7,861 nucleotides of DNA from IMG/VR virus record IMGVR_UViG_2541047171_000018, one strand, 5' to 3'. The stretch's first letter is position 1. Each line of letters starts with the position of its first letter. Source of the DNA: a virus. Lineage: Duplodnaviria > Heunggongvirae > Uroviricota > Caudoviricetes. Positions 6,709-7,861 of the stretch are shown here, piece by piece. The notes below the pieces were generated by a model, which was given only the letters and a program-made list of their open reading frames with translations, was not told the DNA's origin and searched no databases. A program made the translations under genes and the position numbers.

Positions 6709-7259
6709 TTTACCCAACGAACACAGGAAAAAGCGGAGAGCACCTTCGTCTCACCACGCTGGAAAGTGTCTGGATTCAGGGGAAACTACGTATGTGGGGG
6801 CGCTGGTCGTATATTGGCGGCGGTAAGACGGGAAATATGTTCAACCAGTTGCTGACCTCTAAAAAGCTGACAAAAACGGCAATTAACGAGGCGCTCCGGA
6901 GGATGAAAAAAGCGGGTCTGGACAAACCTGAACTTGAGGCTTTTTTGCGGGATATGATCAACGGCAATCAAAAAAGCTGGCTGGTGCATTGTACCGATTC
7001 AGAGGCGTTAATAATCGACAGGGTTATTGGTGAAGTACTGGCAGGTTATCCCGGGCTGCTCAATGTTCTGAGTCAGCGTTATGTGGGGCGGGGGATGACT
7101 AAGCGCAAAATGGCTGAACTGCTGAATGATGCACATCCGGAATGGAGTTTAAGAACCTGTGAAAGACGCATTGAGCATTGGCTAAAGGTGGCAGAATTTA
7201 TTTTGTACAAACCAATGGTTATGGCTTTTGGTATAGAGAAAAAAGTTATTGCTTTTTGA
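6705..7259 (+). CDS. putative phage antitermination protein Q-like (184 aa from ATG 6705)
   Basis: ATG 6705 overlaps the upstream stop (ATGA) with RBS AAGGACGG; the ORF track's 6585 start is inside the upstream gene. N-terminal L-R-M-W-G-R-W resembles the L-E-R-W-G-A-W motif of QuuD/phage-82-type Q proteins; position (end of nin region, followed by an intrinsic terminator) fits Q. Function moderately uncertain. Confidence 0.5.
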   Translation: MIYPTNTGKSGEHLRLTTLESVWIQGKLRMWGRWSYIGGGKTGNMFNQLLTSKKLTKTAINEALRRMKKAGLDKPELEAFLRDMINGNQKSWLVHCTDSEALIIDRVIGEVLAGYPGLLNVLSQRYVGRGMTKRKMAELLNDAHPEWSLRTCERRIEHWLKVAEFILYKPMVMAFGIEKKVIAF

Positions 7260-7337
7260 CGTAAAAACTGCTTCAATTCCGGTAAGCTTCGCAAAGCTGT
7301 ACCGCGAGGCGAATAGCAGACATGGACATTTGAAAGA

Positions 7338-7360
7338 GCCCGCTTTTTGCGGGTTTTTTT
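7338..7360 (+). terminator. Rho-independent terminator (candidate tR'-like)
   Basis: GCCCGC-TTTTT-GCGGG stem-loop followed by a run of 7 T (7354-7360), about 80 nt downstream of the Q-like stop. Confidence 0.7.
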
Positions 7361-7483
7361 ATGACTGAAAAACGGCACGGGGCGTTAAACGCGCTGGTGG
7401 TTGCTAATACCGGTCTTTCAACTTGCTGGCTTTTTCGACAAGAGTTATTGGTATGTCACGTTAACCGGAAAAGGGAAAAAGAC

Positions 7484-7681
7484 ATGCTAAAACAGCAGGA
7501 TATGACAGAAACCGCCAGAGTGGTGTTTAATGAATTAAGCGTTACCGAACCGGCGACAGTCGGGGAGATTGCGCAGAATACTTACCTTTCACGCGAACGC
7601 TGCCAGTTAATACTGACCCAGCTGGTTATGGCGGGTCTGGCAGACTATCAGTGCGGTTGTTACAGACGCATTCAGTCCTGA
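7484..7681 (+). CDS. small PapI/FaeA-like winged-helix regulator (65 aa from ATG 7484)
   Basis: ORF track 7361..7681; the internal ATG 7484 has RBS AAGGGA about 7 nt upstream, whereas ATG 7361 directly abuts the terminator T-run. TVGEIAQNTYLSRERCQLILTQLVMAGLADYQ resembles the HTH of PapI/FaeA-type regulators (from memory). Confidence 0.4.
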   Translation: MLKQQDMTETARVVFNELSVTEPATVGEIAQNTYLSRERCQLILTQLVMAGLADYQCGCYRRIQS

Positions 7682-7785
7682 AGGCTTTTTATTTGTGGTA
7701 AATGGGCGGCTGGTGGGGGGGGCGGCACCTGTCAGTCCTTTGCTTATGTGTTGATGATAATTTACCTTTTGGGGCTATAATTGAG

Positions 7786-7842
7786 CTAACCAATTGCTAA
7801 TGAAAGTAAAATTATAATGGTTGTTGTCTGTTCAGTTATCAT
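7786..7842 (-). CDS. possible 18-aa hydrophobic peptide (MITEQTTTIIILLSLAIG)
   Basis: Minus-strand ATG 7842-7840 preceded by GGGGAG with 6-nt spacing; stop TAG at 7788-7786. Very short, hand-translated, and its promoter would lie outside the window. Confidence 0.15.
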   Translation of the reverse strand: MITEQTTTIIILLSLAIG

Positions 7843-7861
7843 GGTTTGCTCCCCAATTAAT

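Noticed and set aside
6129-7378. Minus-strand ORFs 6129..6398, 6170..6400, 6461..6676, 6776..6967, 6786..6989 and 7079..7378
   Set aside because: All antisense to the coupled + strand nin/Q-like genes; Arg/Pro/Ser-rich translations typical of shadow frames in GC-normal DNA.
1-7861. CRISPR arrays, tRNA/rRNA genes, transposase or integrase genes, terminal inverted repeats
   Set aside because: No regularly spaced direct repeats, no cloverleaf-like tRNA candidates and no ORF with transposase or integrase motifs were seen; the island appears to lack its own mobility genes.

Overview
The window reads as a lambdoid prophage early/nin region on the + strand, interrupted by an AT-rich accessory island of about 4 kb (roughly 1560-5650). 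Sampled 60-nt stretches suggest about one-third G+C in the island against about one-half or more in the flanks (by-eye estimate, not computed over the whole window). Left flank: a DUF551-type (Ea22-like) protein, a small Cys-rich protein and a tiny hydrophobic peptide. Right flank: a nin-region protein, a YbcO-like Cys-cluster protein, a putative Q-type antiterminator, a clear intrinsic terminator and a small PapI/FaeA-like winged-helix protein. The island carries three genes: a complete DNA cytosine-5 methyltransferase on the + strand (all catalytic motifs readable), and converging on it from the - strand a two-gene, translationally coupled operon. That operon encodes a 463-aa protein with an N-terminal GHKL (MutL/MORC/Hsp90-type) ATPase domain and a 330-aa protein with no motif I can recognise. 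I interpret this as a candidate ATP-dependent restriction-like defence module carried as a prophage moron; the restriction role of the two - strand genes is inference, not demonstrated. No rRNA, tRNA, CRISPR array or transposase was found.
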